From the NCBI GenBank assembly GCA_041640655.1, contig JBEPZV010000005.1, positions 1-64,000 on the forward strand: 64,000 bases of DNA, read 5' to 3'. How positions within the stretch are numbered: the first letter of the stretch is position 1; the number at the start of each line of letters is the position of its first letter. This DNA comes from a bacterium (lineage in GTDB: Bacteria; Acidobacteriota; Blastocatellia; HR10). The notes below the pieces were generated by a model. That model saw only the letters and a list, made by a program, of their open reading frames with translations, had not been told where the DNA came from and searched no databases. Below are positions 53,970 to 64,000 of the stretch, piece after piece. A program made the translations under genes and the position numbers.

Positions 53970-54021
53970 GGCGCGTCAGGAGAGATGAAATCCGCGGGCG
54001 CGTGATATGGGGAATAACGCA

Positions 54022-54056
54022 GATCCCTCGGCCATGAGCATCATCGCCGAGGGATC
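54022..54056. terminator. Inverted repeat, probable terminator of the Spy/CpxP-like gene
   Basis: gatccctcggc ... gccgagggatc, 11-bp perfect stem. Confidence 0.6.
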
Positions 54057-54090
54057 GCCGCTCACGACAGGGCGTTCGTGACATCCCGAA

Positions 54091-54558
54091 CTATCGGGGA
54101 GGCCCGGGGAACCTATTGGCCCGAGCGCCCAGAAGGCCCCATCGGGGTCCACGCAGCGGTGGGCGCGTCTGCCGCCATTCGCTCAGCTTCTGCTTCTGCT
54201 CCGGCGTGAGCACGGCCTCGATGTCCGCGCGCAGCTTCTGATTCTTCTCTCGAAGTTGCCGTTGCAGCGCGCGACGTTCCAAGAGGAGTTGTCCGACGGT
54301 TGTGGCGTCGGGGTTCGGAGCCTCCAGAGCATTGCGCAGCTCATGCGTCTTCGCCCGCAGCTCCTGTTGCAGCGGGAAGACGTCGTTGCGGTGAGTTCTG
54401 ATCAGCTCTTGAATCCGGGTGACTTGCTCGGGCGTGAGTCCGAGGCGCTCCCTCAAGCGCAGCACCTCGGCCGGGCGCTGTGCCCATGCGACCCCTCCTC
54501 CCCAGATCATGCCCAGGAGCACGAGCCCTGAGATCGCCATCAGTTTGCCTCGCATCAT
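54091..54558 (-). CDS. Spy/CpxP/ZraP-family periplasmic protein
   Basis: Signal peptide; two LTPEQ (LTxxQ) motifs. Confidence 0.88.
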   Translation of the reverse strand: MMRGKLMAISGLVLLGMIWGGGVAWAQRPAEVLRLRERLGLTPEQVTRIQELIRTHRNDVFPLQQELRAKTHELRNALEAPNPDATTVGQLLLERRALQRQLREKNQKLRADIEAVLTPEQKQKLSEWRQTRPPLRGPRWGLLGARANRFPGPPR

Positions 54559-54785
54559 CACTTCCTCCTTTCCTCCGCGCCTTCCGAATTCATGGCGAGT
54601 CGGTCGCGCTTCCTCTTGCGACCGTTTCCACCTTTATAGGATGGGGCTGTGGCCGAAAAAGTTTGAAAATCCCATGTGTGCGGAGCGCCGATGTGGCGGG
54701 GGCGTCATTGGAGGTCATGGGGGAGCGGGGCTATACTCTCTGCTTTAAGCCCATGGTGTCAGACGGGGCGTGGGGAGGGGGACCG

Positions 54786-55532
54786 ATGGATGCGGTGATC
54801 TTCGGAGGGATGGCAGCGCTCGCCAATATCGTGGGCGGATTCTGGGTGACGTGGCCGCGTCTGAGCGCGCGTCGCTCGCTGCTCTTGTACCCTCTGGCTT
54901 TGGGTGCCGGATTCCTCTTGGCCGCCGTCTTCCTGAAGGTGCTGCCGACCAGCCTGGATTTGGATCTCTGGCGAGGGCATTCCACCCCCCCGCTGATCCT
55001 GGTCTTGGCCGGATACTTGCTCATCCAATTGTTCGAGCACACGGTGGCGCCGCATTTTCATTTCGGAGAGGAGACGCATGTGGAGGCGCTCTCGGGGCGG
55101 CATGTCGTCTGGGCCGCAGTCGGGGGGGTGGCGCTTCACGCATTCTTTGACGGCGTCGCCATCGCCGCCGGATTTCATGTGGAGCATCGGTTGGGCGTGC
55201 TCCTCTTCATCGCCATCCTCTTGCACAAACTGCCGGAGGGGTTCACCGTCGCTTCGATCGTGCTCGCTTCGGGTCGCTCGCGCCGCGCCGCGCGATGGGC
55301 GAGCGCCACTGTGGCGGTGGCCACGCTCGTGGGCGTGCTCCTGGTCGGCGTCGCGCGCGGAGTGATCCCGTATGCCCTGCCCCTCTCGGCCGGCGTGACG
55401 CTCTATGTCGCGGCCTCCGACCTGATCCCGGAGATCAATCGGGAGACGCGCAGCACGTCCTCGCTCGTTGTCTTCCTCGGCGTCGCGCTCTATTATATGA
55501 CCGAGAAGATGCTCGAGGCATTCGGCCTATGA
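54786..55532 (+). CDS. ZIP family metal transporter
   Basis: HFHFGEETH loop, LHAFFDG, LHKLPEG, YVAASDLIPE. Confidence 0.93.
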   Translation: MDAVIFGGMAALANIVGGFWVTWPRLSARRSLLLYPLALGAGFLLAAVFLKVLPTSLDLDLWRGHSTPPLILVLAGYLLIQLFEHTVAPHFHFGEETHVEALSGRHVVWAAVGGVALHAFFDGVAIAAGFHVEHRLGVLLFIAILLHKLPEGFTVASIVLASGRSRRAARWASATVAVATLVGVLLVGVARGVIPYALPLSAGVTLYVAASDLIPEINRETRSTSSLVVFLGVALYYMTEKMLEAFGL

Positions 55533-57388
55533 CGCTCGCGGAGAAGATCCGGCGGCTTCCCGAGGCGCCTGGGTGTTATCTCTATCGCGACAGCAGCGGA
55601 GCGATCATCTACATCGGGAAGGCCAAGAATCTGCGCCATCGCGTGCGCCAGTATTTTCATGCCTCGCGCTGGCGGGATGTGAAGACCTCGGAGCTGGTGG
55701 CTCAGATCGCGGACCTCGAATACATCGTCACCGACACGGAGGTGGAAGCGCTCATTCTGGAGAGCCATCTCATCAAGCAGCACCAGCCGCGATTCAACGC
55801 GCTGCTGAAGGACGACAAGCACTATCCGCACCTGAAGCTGACCATCAACGAACCGTTCCCCCGCGTGCTGAAGGTGCGGAAGATCGAGCGCGATGGAGCG
55901 CTCTACTTCGGCCCCTACTTGCCCGCTTCGCTCGCCGATCAGCTGCTTGATCTCATTCAACGGGAGTTTCGGCTGCGCCCCTGTTCGGACGAAGTCTTCC
56001 ACACCTATCGGCGGAAGGGGCGGCCATGCTTGCAATATCAGATCAAGCGCTGTTTGGGTCCGTGCGTGGAAGGGCTCTTCGGTCGCGAGCAGTATTGGGA
56101 AGCCGTGCGCGATGTGCGCATGTTCCTGGAGGGGAAGAATCGGGATCTCGCGCGGAGCTTGCGCGAGCGCATGGAGCGAGCCGCCGAGGACTTGCGGTTC
56201 GAGGCGGCCGCCCGGTATCGCGATCTCCTGCGCGTTGTGGAGCGGCTCAGTGAGGAGCAGAAGATGGCGCTCACGACCGAGGTGGACGCGGACATCTTCG
56301 GTCTGCACACGGATGGACGGCGCCTGGCCCTCTGCCTCTTCACCATGCGCGCGGGGAAGATCATCGGCAAGCGCGATTTCTATTGGGAGGAGTTGCCGCC
56401 CGGGGATCTCGAGGGCTTCCTGGCGCAGGTGCTCGTGCAGTATTACGCCGCGGGTGAGTACGTCCCGGCGGAGATCGTTCTGCCCATCCCCATCGAGGAT
56501 CGCCCCTTGATCGAGAACTGGTTGAGCCAGAAGAAGGGGCGGCGCGTGCGCGTGTATGAGCCGAAGCGAGGAACGAGGCGGGAGCTGGTCGCGCTCGCCG
56601 CGCAGAATGCGAAGCTCGCCTTCGAGGAGCGCTTCCGCGTGCTCCGCCCGGAGACGTCGCGCGTCCTGGAGGAAGTGGCGCGCGCCCTGGATCTGCCGCG
56701 GCTGCCGGAGCGGATCGAAGCGTTCGATGTTTCGCATCTGCAGGGGACGGAGATGGTCGCCTCGCTCGTGGTCTGCGAGAGCGGGACGATGCGCAAGAGC
56801 GAGTATCGCCAGTACATCGTGAGGACGGCGCGCGAGGGGGATGACTATGCAGCGCTACGCGAGGTCGTCCATCGGCGATATGCGCGCCTGCTTCGCGAGG
56901 CGCGCCCGCTTCCTGACCTTGTGCTCATTGATGGAGGGAAAGGACAACTGCGCGCCGCGGTGGAAGCGCTTGAGGCGTTGAACCTGGGGGAGCTGCCGGT
57001 CGCGGCGATCGCCAAGCGGGAAGAGGTCCTCTACGTCAAGGGACGGACGGATCCGCTCGTCCTCGATCGTCATTCGCCCGCGCTACACCTGATCCAGATG
57101 ATTCGCGATGAGGCGCATCGGTTCGCCGTGACCTTCCATCGGCGACGTCGGCGGCAGCGCGATTTCGCTTCGGAATTGCTGGCGATCCCCGGGATCGGGG
57201 AGAAGCGGAAGGAACTTCTGCTGCGGAATTTCGGGAGCGTGTCGCGCATTCGGCGGGCGACGATCCAGGAGCTGCGCCCCTTCGTGGGGGAACAGCTCGC
57301 GCGTCGCATCGTCGAGCATTTTGCCGCGTCCGAGCAGTCTTCTGAGGAGGAGGCGGGAGTTCTGGAGATCGGACCACCGAGTGGATGA
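55529..57388 (+). CDS. uvrC: Excinuclease ABC subunit C
   Basis: GIY-YIG (PGCY..YIGKAKNL), FDVSH, LIDGGKGQ, RDEAHRFA, HhH. Confidence 0.98.
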   Translation: MTLAEKIRRLPEAPGCYLYRDSSGAIIYIGKAKNLRHRVRQYFHASRWRDVKTSELVAQIADLEYIVTDTEVEALILESHLIKQHQPRFNALLKDDKHYPHLKLTINEPFPRVLKVRKIERDGALYFGPYLPASLADQLLDLIQREFRLRPCSDEVFHTYRRKGRPCLQYQIKRCLGPCVEGLFGREQYWEAVRDVRMFLEGKNRDLARSLRERMERAAEDLRFEAAARYRDLLRVVERLSEEQKMALTTEVDADIFGLHTDGRRLALCLFTMRAGKIIGKRDFYWEELPPGDLEGFLAQVLVQYYAAGEYVPAEIVLPIPIEDRPLIENWLSQKKGRRVRVYEPKRGTRRELVALAAQNAKLAFEERFRVLRPETSRVLEEVARALDLPRLPERIEAFDVSHLQGTEMVASLVVCESGTMRKSEYRQYIVRTAREGDDYAALREVVHRRYARLLREARPLPDLVLIDGGKGQLRAAVEALEALNLGELPVAAIAKREEVLYVKGRTDPLVLDRHSPALHLIQMIRDEAHRFAVTFHRRRRRQRDFASELLAIPGIGEKRKELLLRNFGSVSRIRRATIQELRPFVGEQLARRIVEHFAASEQSSEEEAGVLEIGPPSG

Positions 57389-57399
57389 GGCTCCTCGCG

Positions 57400-58239
57400 T
57401 CAGCTCGATGTCCGCGTCCCCGATGAGGGCCACAGGGGCTCCGGGGACCATGACTGCACGCCGAAGATGTCCCGATACGCGACGGCCATAGCGCAGATGA
57501 CCCACGGCGCCGTGATGAACACGCCGACGAGGCATCCGAGCAAGCCTGCCGTCAGCAGCAGCATGAGGACGACGCCCAAGACCCAGAACATCACCCATTG
57601 GCGCGAGACGACGACCCTCCAAGCTTCGTTCAACGCCGAGGCGATATCCATTTTGCGGTCCAGGATCAAGGGGTAGACGAAGGCGAAGAGGGCGAAGGCC
57701 AGGGGGGAGAACGCGAGCGAGATGAGCCCCATCAGGGGGGCGCGCTCCGTGAGCCCTCCGAGCGAGGAGTGGATGAAGACCTCGATGAGCCAGGCCAGAA
57801 AGGCGAGCCCGAACTGCTCGAACCCTTTGAAGAGGTCGCCGAGTTGAATCTTCTCACCCCGCATGGCCTGAAAGGCCATGAAATAGAGGCCCAGCAGGAA
57901 GGGGCCTGTCGTGATGGTGAGCGTCACCAGGGAGAGGAAGGCAGCGACGAGCGCAGCCAGGGCGAACGTCGGCCACTGCCGCGCGAAGATCGCCCATCCC
58001 TCCGAGAGCCATCGCCCCACATCCACGCGAACTTCCGATGGCGGAGGCGAGCCGGAGGGGATCGCGGGGGGGACATAGGCCGGTCCAGTCGGTCGCGGCT
58101 CCAGGGGGGAAGTGGGTGGAGCTTCCAGGACTCGCGTGGGGATGTCCTCGGAGGGGGATTCCGACAGGCGCGCTCCGCACCGACGGCAGAAGCGCGCCTC
58201 TGCCGGTGATTCCGCCCCGCACCGTGGACAGATGACCAT
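57400..58239 (-). CDS. Zinc-ribbon integral membrane protein
   Basis: CPRCG...FCRRCG, Pro-rich linker, several TM helices. Confidence 0.8.
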   Translation of the reverse strand: MVICPRCGAESPAEARFCRRCGARLSESPSEDIPTRVLEAPPTSPLEPRPTGPAYVPPAIPSGSPPPSEVRVDVGRWLSEGWAIFARQWPTFALAALVAAFLSLVTLTITTGPFLLGLYFMAFQAMRGEKIQLGDLFKGFEQFGLAFLAWLIEVFIHSSLGGLTERAPLMGLISLAFSPLAFALFAFVYPLILDRKMDIASALNEAWRVVVSRQWVMFWVLGVVLMLLLTAGLLGCLVGVFITAPWVICAMAVAYRDIFGVQSWSPEPLWPSSGTRTSS

Positions 58240-58333
58240 CCTCACTCTCGCTCTCGGCGCGCGAGAGGGCGCGGCATCACCTCGGCGGCCGCTGAGGGAG
58301 AAGCATCCGTTCGTCCCCTCTCGCTCACGGGCG

Positions 58334-58498
58334 TCAGCTCTTCTTCGAAGTCACGGCATAGAAGGCCGCCGGTTGTTGTTCGACCTTTCGGCTTCCGCAC
58401 TTGGGGCACTTCACCTTCTTCTTCTCATACTCGGCGATGCTCATCGTCACCGTGAACTTTCGATTGCATTGCGTGCAGCGGTACTCGTACACCGGCAT
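58334..58498 (-). CDS. FmdB-family zinc-ribbon small protein (54 aa; absent from ORF track)
   Basis: MPVYEYRCTQC...CPKCGS...TSKKS*; GAGGAGGTG SD. Confidence 0.9.
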   Translation of the reverse strand: MPVYEYRCTQCNRKFTVTMSIAEYEKKKVKCPKCGSRKVEQQPAAFYAVTSKKS

Positions 58499-58735
58499 AG
58501 CGTCACCTCCTCATGTTCGGTTTGATGTCCCCATCCGGCGTTCTCGCGGCCGCTTCGCCTTCGGCTCCGATCCGGAGTGAAGTCAAGCGGCCATTACCAT
58601 CATAGCACATTCGGGCATTCAGTAAAGGAGGCGACGCCTGCAGAAGCGGAAGCCCCGCAGCGATGGGGACGTTCGCCACGGGGGTTTGGATTCGCAGAGG
58701 GTTTCACTATAATACGCTTGGCGAGACGCTCAGCT

Positions 58736-59602
58736 ATGGAGATCATCAAAAGCGCCGCGCGCATGCAAGCCGTCGCTCGGAAGTGCCGGGCTGAGGGACG
58801 GACGATCGGCCTGATTCCGACGGCTGGGCATTTGCATGAGGGGCATTTGAGCCTCATTCGTCGCGCGCACGAGTTGGCGGAGGTCATTGTCGTCTCGATC
58901 GCTCCTCCATCGCTAGGGGGTGAAGAGAGGCCTGGGGAGGAGCGCAAGGAGGGGGGGGAGAAACGCGTGCGGTATCTCTCGGATGACGTCGAGGTGCTCT
59001 CCCCCTTGGGCGTGCATTATGTCTTCGCTCCGGAGCGTGCGGAGCTGTTCGGCGAGGAGACGCGCACGGAGGTGGTCGTCCGGGGGTTGAGCGAACGCTT
59101 CTACGGGGCGACCCATCCGGAGCATTACGTCCGGCTGGCGACCTATTTGATGATCCTCTTCAACGTCGTTCATCCGCACTTCGTCATCTTCGGGTGGAAG
59201 GATGCGCAGCAAGTCGCGATCGTGCGCCGGATGGTCCGAGACCTCCATGTGGATGTCGAGATCGTCGTCTGCCCGATCGTGCGCGAGGCCGATGGACTGG
59301 CGGTCGCGCCCGAGAACGCTCGGCTCACCGAGCGCGAGCGGCAGATGGCGCGCGTGCTCCCCCAAGCGCTGGAGAAAGCTCAGGTGCTCGTGGCCGCCGG
59401 AGAGCGAAACACGGCGAACATCCTCCGCGCGATGCGCGAGATGATCGAAGCGCATTCCGCGATCCGCATCGAGTATCTCGCCATTGTGGATAGCGAGACG
59501 CTGGAGCCGATCGCCCTTCTGGAGGAACGCCCCGCCCTGGTGATGCTGGCGGCACTGATCGGGAAGGTGCGGCTGAGCGATAACGTCCTCTTGAACATTT
59601 GA
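58736..59602 (+). CDS. panC: Pantoate-beta-alanine ligase-like protein, divergent
   Basis: PT.G.LHEGH, G.KDAQQ, PIVREADGLA, VRLSDN. Confidence 0.8.
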   Translation: MEIIKSAARMQAVARKCRAEGRTIGLIPTAGHLHEGHLSLIRRAHELAEVIVVSIAPPSLGGEERPGEERKEGGEKRVRYLSDDVEVLSPLGVHYVFAPERAELFGEETRTEVVVRGLSERFYGATHPEHYVRLATYLMILFNVVHPHFVIFGWKDAQQVAIVRRMVRDLHVDVEIVVCPIVREADGLAVAPENARLTERERQMARVLPQALEKAQVLVAAGERNTANILRAMREMIEAHSAIRIEYLAIVDSETLEPIALLEERPALVMLAALIGKVRLSDNVLLNI

Positions 59603-59751
59603 GAGCCGTCTTGCTATCGTCGGCATCGGGCAATAAAGTTATAGAGGCGTTCGGAAGTGACCTCGAAGCGATCGCGCGTCAGACGTGCACGCGCGTTCGA
59701 TTTCTCCTCGCCGTCCACCGGGAGGCGAGGGAGGCGGAGGAGGGAGGGCGT

Positions 59752-59979
59752 ATGAGGAGAAAGGCGATCATGGACGCCGCTTTGTGGATCGTCACCGCGG
59801 TGTGCTTGATCCTCTCGATGGTGTACTTCTTCAAATGGAAGGCTGCGCCGAACCCCACCGATGAGGGGCATGTGAGCCAGTGGGTGTGGATCACGTTGGT
59901 CATCATCGCCATGGTGTGCATCCTCATCTGGTTCTTCACCCGAGGTAAAGAGGAGGAGATCAGCATCACGCGAGGGTGA
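59752..59979 (+). CDS. Small two-TM membrane protein
   Basis: Two hydrophobic helices; GGAGG SD; ends EEEISITRG. Confidence 0.75.
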   Translation: MRRKAIMDAALWIVTAVCLILSMVYFFKWKAAPNPTDEGHVSQWVWITLVIIAMVCILIWFFTRGKEEEISITRG

Positions 59980-60265
59980 GCCGTCGTCTCTGAAGAGCGT
60001 CCTGGGCGATCGCGCAGGAGATCCACAGGGGTCCGCCCTCGGGCCATCGTGGTGGGAGAGGCACAGGGGGGTCACGAAAGCCACGACGTTTCGAGGGGGG
60101 CGCTCTCCAAAGGGTCGGGGTTGCGGCGATCACCGGTCATGGATGGGCAGCGGATCGTTCGCCCAGAGATCAGGGTTCTCCATGCGCGTGAGTTTCGGAG
60201 GTCGTGAGGAAGGAGCATCCGGTATGGGCAATTCATGGGTGAGCGCGGTGCTGTGGGGAGGCTCC

Positions 60266-60508
60266 ATGGGGCTCGCCGTTCAAGCCTCGCGGATCGCGGA
60301 GAAGTTGAACATCTGGGATTTGATCTCGACGGCGACGTATGGGCTCTTGGGGATCGCCCTCTCGGTCGTCGGATATTTGATCTTCGACCTGATCACCCCC
60401 TTCTCCCTGGGGAAGGAATTGGTCGAGGATAAGAACATCGCCGTGGGGATCGTCGTCGCCGGGATCATCATCGGGATCTCGATCATCATCGCGGCCGCCG
60501 TCTCGTGA
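60266..60508 (+). CDS. DUF350 family membrane protein (alternative start 60224)
   Basis: DLITPF..GKELVEDKNIAVGIV..GII..ISIIIAAA. Confidence 0.88.
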   Translation: MGLAVQASRIAEKLNIWDLISTATYGLLGIALSVVGYLIFDLITPFSLGKELVEDKNIAVGIVVAGIIIGISIIIAAAVS

Positions 60509-60511
60509 GTC

Positions 60512-61753
60512 ATGGCGCGATTTTGCTCGGAGTGCGGTATCCCGCTTCCCGATCAGGCGTCGTTCTGCCCGAGTTGCGGAGCTTCCGCGCTCGATCAATG
60601 GTTGGCCTCGCGCGAGGTCATTCCGGTGGTAGAACCTCTGCCGGAGACGACGGAACTGGCCCCGGAGCTGCGGAGCGAAGAGGAAGCGCCGCAGGGGCCT
60701 TTGCCAGAAGCAGGGGGGGCGGAACCTGTGCTCGGTGAAGCGGAGGCGGCAGAGGATCAGACCGCTCAAGCCGTGAGGGCGGGACCGACTCCCACGATCG
60801 CGCTCCTCGAGATGATTCGCGCTTTGCGCTTCCTCTTCGACCGTCAGCGGATGCTCTGGTATGGATCGGGCGCGATGTTCGGGTGGATGCTTCTGGCCGT
60901 CTTTCACCTGTTCGCTTATGTGGCGGGCGAAGAGTCGCCGAGATTGGCCCTGGGGTGGCGCCTCAGCGGATGGGGGATCGCTCTTGCGACGCTCGCCGTG
61001 ACGTCGGCGATCCTGGCGGCGTCGTTGATCGCCGATGTCGGGCCACGATGGCAACTCTTCTGGAGACCTCCCTCGCGAATCCTGCAGCGAACGCCCGCGA
61101 TTGTCGGGCCCGTATTTCTCTTTCTCGGGATCGCCGGGGCGAGCATCCTGATCCTCGTGGCCCTCGGAATGCTCGCACGTCATGGCGCGGTCGGGCGCGT
61201 CCTGTGGGCGCTTCTCTTGATCCCACAGTTCCTCGCCGCGCTCGTGGTCGTGCTGGCGGGGATCGGACTTCTTGCGGCGCTCGTCTATGGACCGGCTTTG
61301 GCGGTAACCGATGGGGGGACGTTCTCGCAAACGCTCTATCGGCTCGCTCTCCTCTTCACCCGCGAGGGCGCACGCGCCCTGGGTTATCTCCTCTTCGGAT
61401 TCGGTGGAAGCAGTGTGCTATGGGTCCTGAGTGAGGGAGGAATGGGACTGATGATCTCCGGGATCGAGCGGATCGCCGTGTGGGCGAGTCAGGGGCAGGT
61501 CGCGCCAATTCTGGTCGTCGGGAGAGAACTTGTCTCGGCGTGCGTGCCTGGAAGCTCCTGGTTTCTTATCGGTGCATCCGTTCCGGTCCCCTCGGTGCTC
61601 GATCCCGATGTTCATCTGGCGGGCTTCCTTTGGGCGATTTCAGTCATCGTCCTCACCGGAGTGGGAGCGGCGATCCCGCTCTTTCTCCTGAGCGGCTTTG
61701 GGGCGGTGGTGGCGTGGGCGCTGCTTGGACGCTTGGCCCGAGCACCTGAATAG
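60512..61753 (+). CDS. Zinc-ribbon multi-pass membrane protein
   Basis: FCSECG...FCPSCG, acidic linker, multiple TM helices. Confidence 0.75.
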   Translation: MARFCSECGIPLPDQASFCPSCGASALDQWLASREVIPVVEPLPETTELAPELRSEEEAPQGPLPEAGGAEPVLGEAEAAEDQTAQAVRAGPTPTIALLEMIRALRFLFDRQRMLWYGSGAMFGWMLLAVFHLFAYVAGEESPRLALGWRLSGWGIALATLAVTSAILAASLIADVGPRWQLFWRPPSRILQRTPAIVGPVFLFLGIAGASILILVALGMLARHGAVGRVLWALLLIPQFLAALVVVLAGIGLLAALVYGPALAVTDGGTFSQTLYRLALLFTREGARALGYLLFGFGGSSVLWVLSEGGMGLMISGIERIAVWASQGQVAPILVVGRELVSACVPGSSWFLIGASVPVPSVLDPDVHLAGFLWAISVIVLTGVGAAIPLFLLSGFGAVVAWALLGRLARAPE

Positions 61754-61839
61754 AAACGGCGCACATCGCCGCCGCTCACCCGAGCGGAGATGGCCAGAAA
61801 GAGGCGCTCCCGACTGAGCGAACGCCGAGCCGGCCAGCA

Positions 61840-62934
61840 TCAGGGATTTCGCCGCCTCAGCGTGGGCTTCTCCGGCGAAGGTGGAGGGTTTTCGGAAGAC
61901 TCCGTCTTCGTCTTCTCCTCCCCCGAAGATTCCGCCGGCGGTTGGTCTTGTCCCTGTGGGCGACGCTTCAACGTGGGTCGGCCGCGTTCCTCCGGAGCGC
62001 TTGCGGGCGCTCGCTTCTCGTCCAATCGCCGATGTAAGCCCTGGAGTCGGATGAGTCGCTCCTTGACCTTGTTGAACTCGGACGTGGTGATGATGTACTC
62101 CTCTCGCTCAGGGAAGCGCGCGATCAGGTCCTTCACGACTTCGATGCGATCGGGCGTGGGCGGATGCGACATGAAGAGTTTCGAGATGCCCCCGGGACGC
62201 GTCTTCTGCATCGCGTTGATCTTCTCGAAGAAGGTCAACAGTCCGTTCGGGTCGTACCCGGCTGCCCAAAGATACTGCGCGCCCAGAATGTCGGCTTCCT
62301 TCTCCGCTCCACGGCTGAACTTGAAGAACGCCGCATAGATGCCCAGATCCGATCCCATCAGGATGAGCTGACCAAGGCCGTAGTACCCCCCGCCGGTGAA
62401 AATGATCAGCGGAATCTGGAGGAAACTCAGCAGCTGTGTCTTCGTGAAGTTCTCCAGGGCGTGCCGCGCCGCGACGTGCGCGATCTCATGCGCCATCACG
62501 CCGGCCAGCTCCGATTCATTCTCGGCGGCCGCGATCAGACCCGTGTTCACGTAGAAGAACCCGCCGGGCAGCGCGAACGCGTTCACCTCGTCCGAGACGA
62601 TGACTTTGATCGTGAAGGGGACCTTCGCATCCGAATGAAGGACGAGATTCTGGCCGACGCGATTGATGTACTCGCTGATGATCGGATCATCCAGAATCTG
62701 CATGTAGCGGTCAACTTCGGCAGCCAGTTGTCGCCCCAACTGCACCTCGCGCTCGAGGCTGTAGAAGTTCCATTGTCGCTTGTTGATATCGCGTTTGCCG
62801 ATGAGGCGCGGATCCTCCTTCGGGCTGAGCGGTTTGGTCGTCTTCTGGGAGGATTGGCTCCACGCCGAGGGGCCGACGAGCAGTCCCAGGGCGAGCGCTG
62901 CGATGATGGCCTTTTTCCACCACCTGATGTTCAT
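61840..62934 (-). CDS. M48 family metalloprotease (BepA-like), exported
   Basis: NAFALPGG, HEIAH, EKEAD, SHP; signal peptide. Confidence 0.94.
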   Translation of the reverse strand: MNIRWWKKAIIAALALGLLVGPSAWSQSSQKTTKPLSPKEDPRLIGKRDINKRQWNFYSLEREVQLGRQLAAEVDRYMQILDDPIISEYINRVGQNLVLHSDAKVPFTIKVIVSDEVNAFALPGGFFYVNTGLIAAAENESELAGVMAHEIAHVAARHALENFTKTQLLSFLQIPLIIFTGGGYYGLGQLILMGSDLGIYAAFFKFSRGAEKEADILGAQYLWAAGYDPNGLLTFFEKINAMQKTRPGGISKLFMSHPPTPDRIEVVKDLIARFPEREEYIITTSEFNKVKERLIRLQGLHRRLDEKRAPASAPEERGRPTLKRRPQGQDQPPAESSGEEKTKTESSENPPPSPEKPTLRRRNP

Positions 62935-63086
62935 ACTCGCGCTCCTTTTTCGGATCCTGCCGAAGGAGAATTATACACCCGGTGGGGAGCGCGCGGTATC
63001 TCCAGAGTGATTAATTTTTCTTCATCTGCGCGAGACGGCTCGGGACCGGTTTCGGTCTCGTGGGCAGGGGGGATATAATGTTCTCG

Positions 63087-63531
<445 letters not shown>

Positions 63532-63582
63532 GTGCCGCTGTCCTTCGGGGATTCACCCAAAGCTCCGGCAGCCTTGCGGCCA

Positions 63583-64000
63583 TCACGTGGACGGTGCGGG
63601 AGAGAAGCCTTTTCGGCGAACCTTCTCCCACGCCGGCTCTCGGCCGCGCAGCAGATCCCACAGAACGCCCACTTGCCACAGGGCGAGCAGTTGGCGATAT
63701 CCGAGATGCGAGAGAATGGTGAACAGCAGCAGCTTCAGCGTGTCCTTCGTGCTATAGGTGAAGAGCGAATGGTACCCCGAACGATACGCGGCCTCCGACC
63801 AGATGCCGAAGAGGATCGCCGACGTGGAGACGAAAATTCCGTAGAGAATCGCCGAGAGGAAGAAGAGGATCGCGTATTCGACGCTCAGGAGGCCCAAGGG
63901 GATGCAGATGAGAAGGATCACATAGCCGCCGAGTTCGATCACGGGGCCGAGGATCTCGAAGAGCAATTGATAGGGCATGGCCAGCCATCCCGTCCGTCCG
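63583..64000 (-). CDS. GT2-family glycosyltransferase, C-terminal membrane part (partial)
   Basis: FEILGPVIELGGY, GYRQ, W...RKGF tail typical of PgaC/IcaA-like GT2. Confidence 0.7.
   Translation of the reverse strand, partial: GRTGWLAMPYQLLFEILGPVIELGGYVILLICIPLGLLSVEYAILFFLSAILYGIFVSTSAILFGIWSEAAYRSGYHSLFTYSTKDTLKLLLFTILSHLGYRQLLALWQVGVLWDLLRGREPAWEKVRRKGFSPAPST

Overview
GC-rich bacterial chromosomal window, probably from a thermophilic Acidobacteriota (Blastocatellia-like; inferred from gene content and an L17 insertion). 1-10.5 kb: distal spc/alpha ribosomal operon (rplR-rpsE-rpmD-rplO-secY-adk-map-rpmJ-rpsM-rpsK-rpsD-rpoA-rplQ, with no infA), then an M24 peptidase and accB-accC. The rest is mixed housekeeping and peptide-catabolic genes (two S9, M20, an M16 pair, M48, D-aminoacylase, carB, uvrC, rsgA, MltD-like, ECF sigma, hybrid kinase, rnpB). 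No IS, prophage, CRISPR, tRNA or rRNA was recognised. Highlights: (1) a 76-aa glutaredoxin-like selenoprotein missed by the ORF track, with two UGA-Sec codons, each followed after 11 nt by a SECIS-like hairpin; (2) an exported three-gene module of a MauG/MbnH-type diheme enzyme, a Tat metallophosphoesterase and a TsdA/SoxA-like His/Cys monoheme cytochrome; (3) an arginine synthetase (ArcE)-carbamate kinase-OTC operon with a Giardia-like OTC; (4) a DAHP synthase-prephenate dehydratase fusion preceded by a sigma70 promoter and a Phe-rich leader peptide; (5) a PUA-like/DUF559 nuclease; (6) several degenerate enzymes (GlgC, PanC, enoyl-CoA hydratase). Family calls come from motif recognition and memory; no database search was run.
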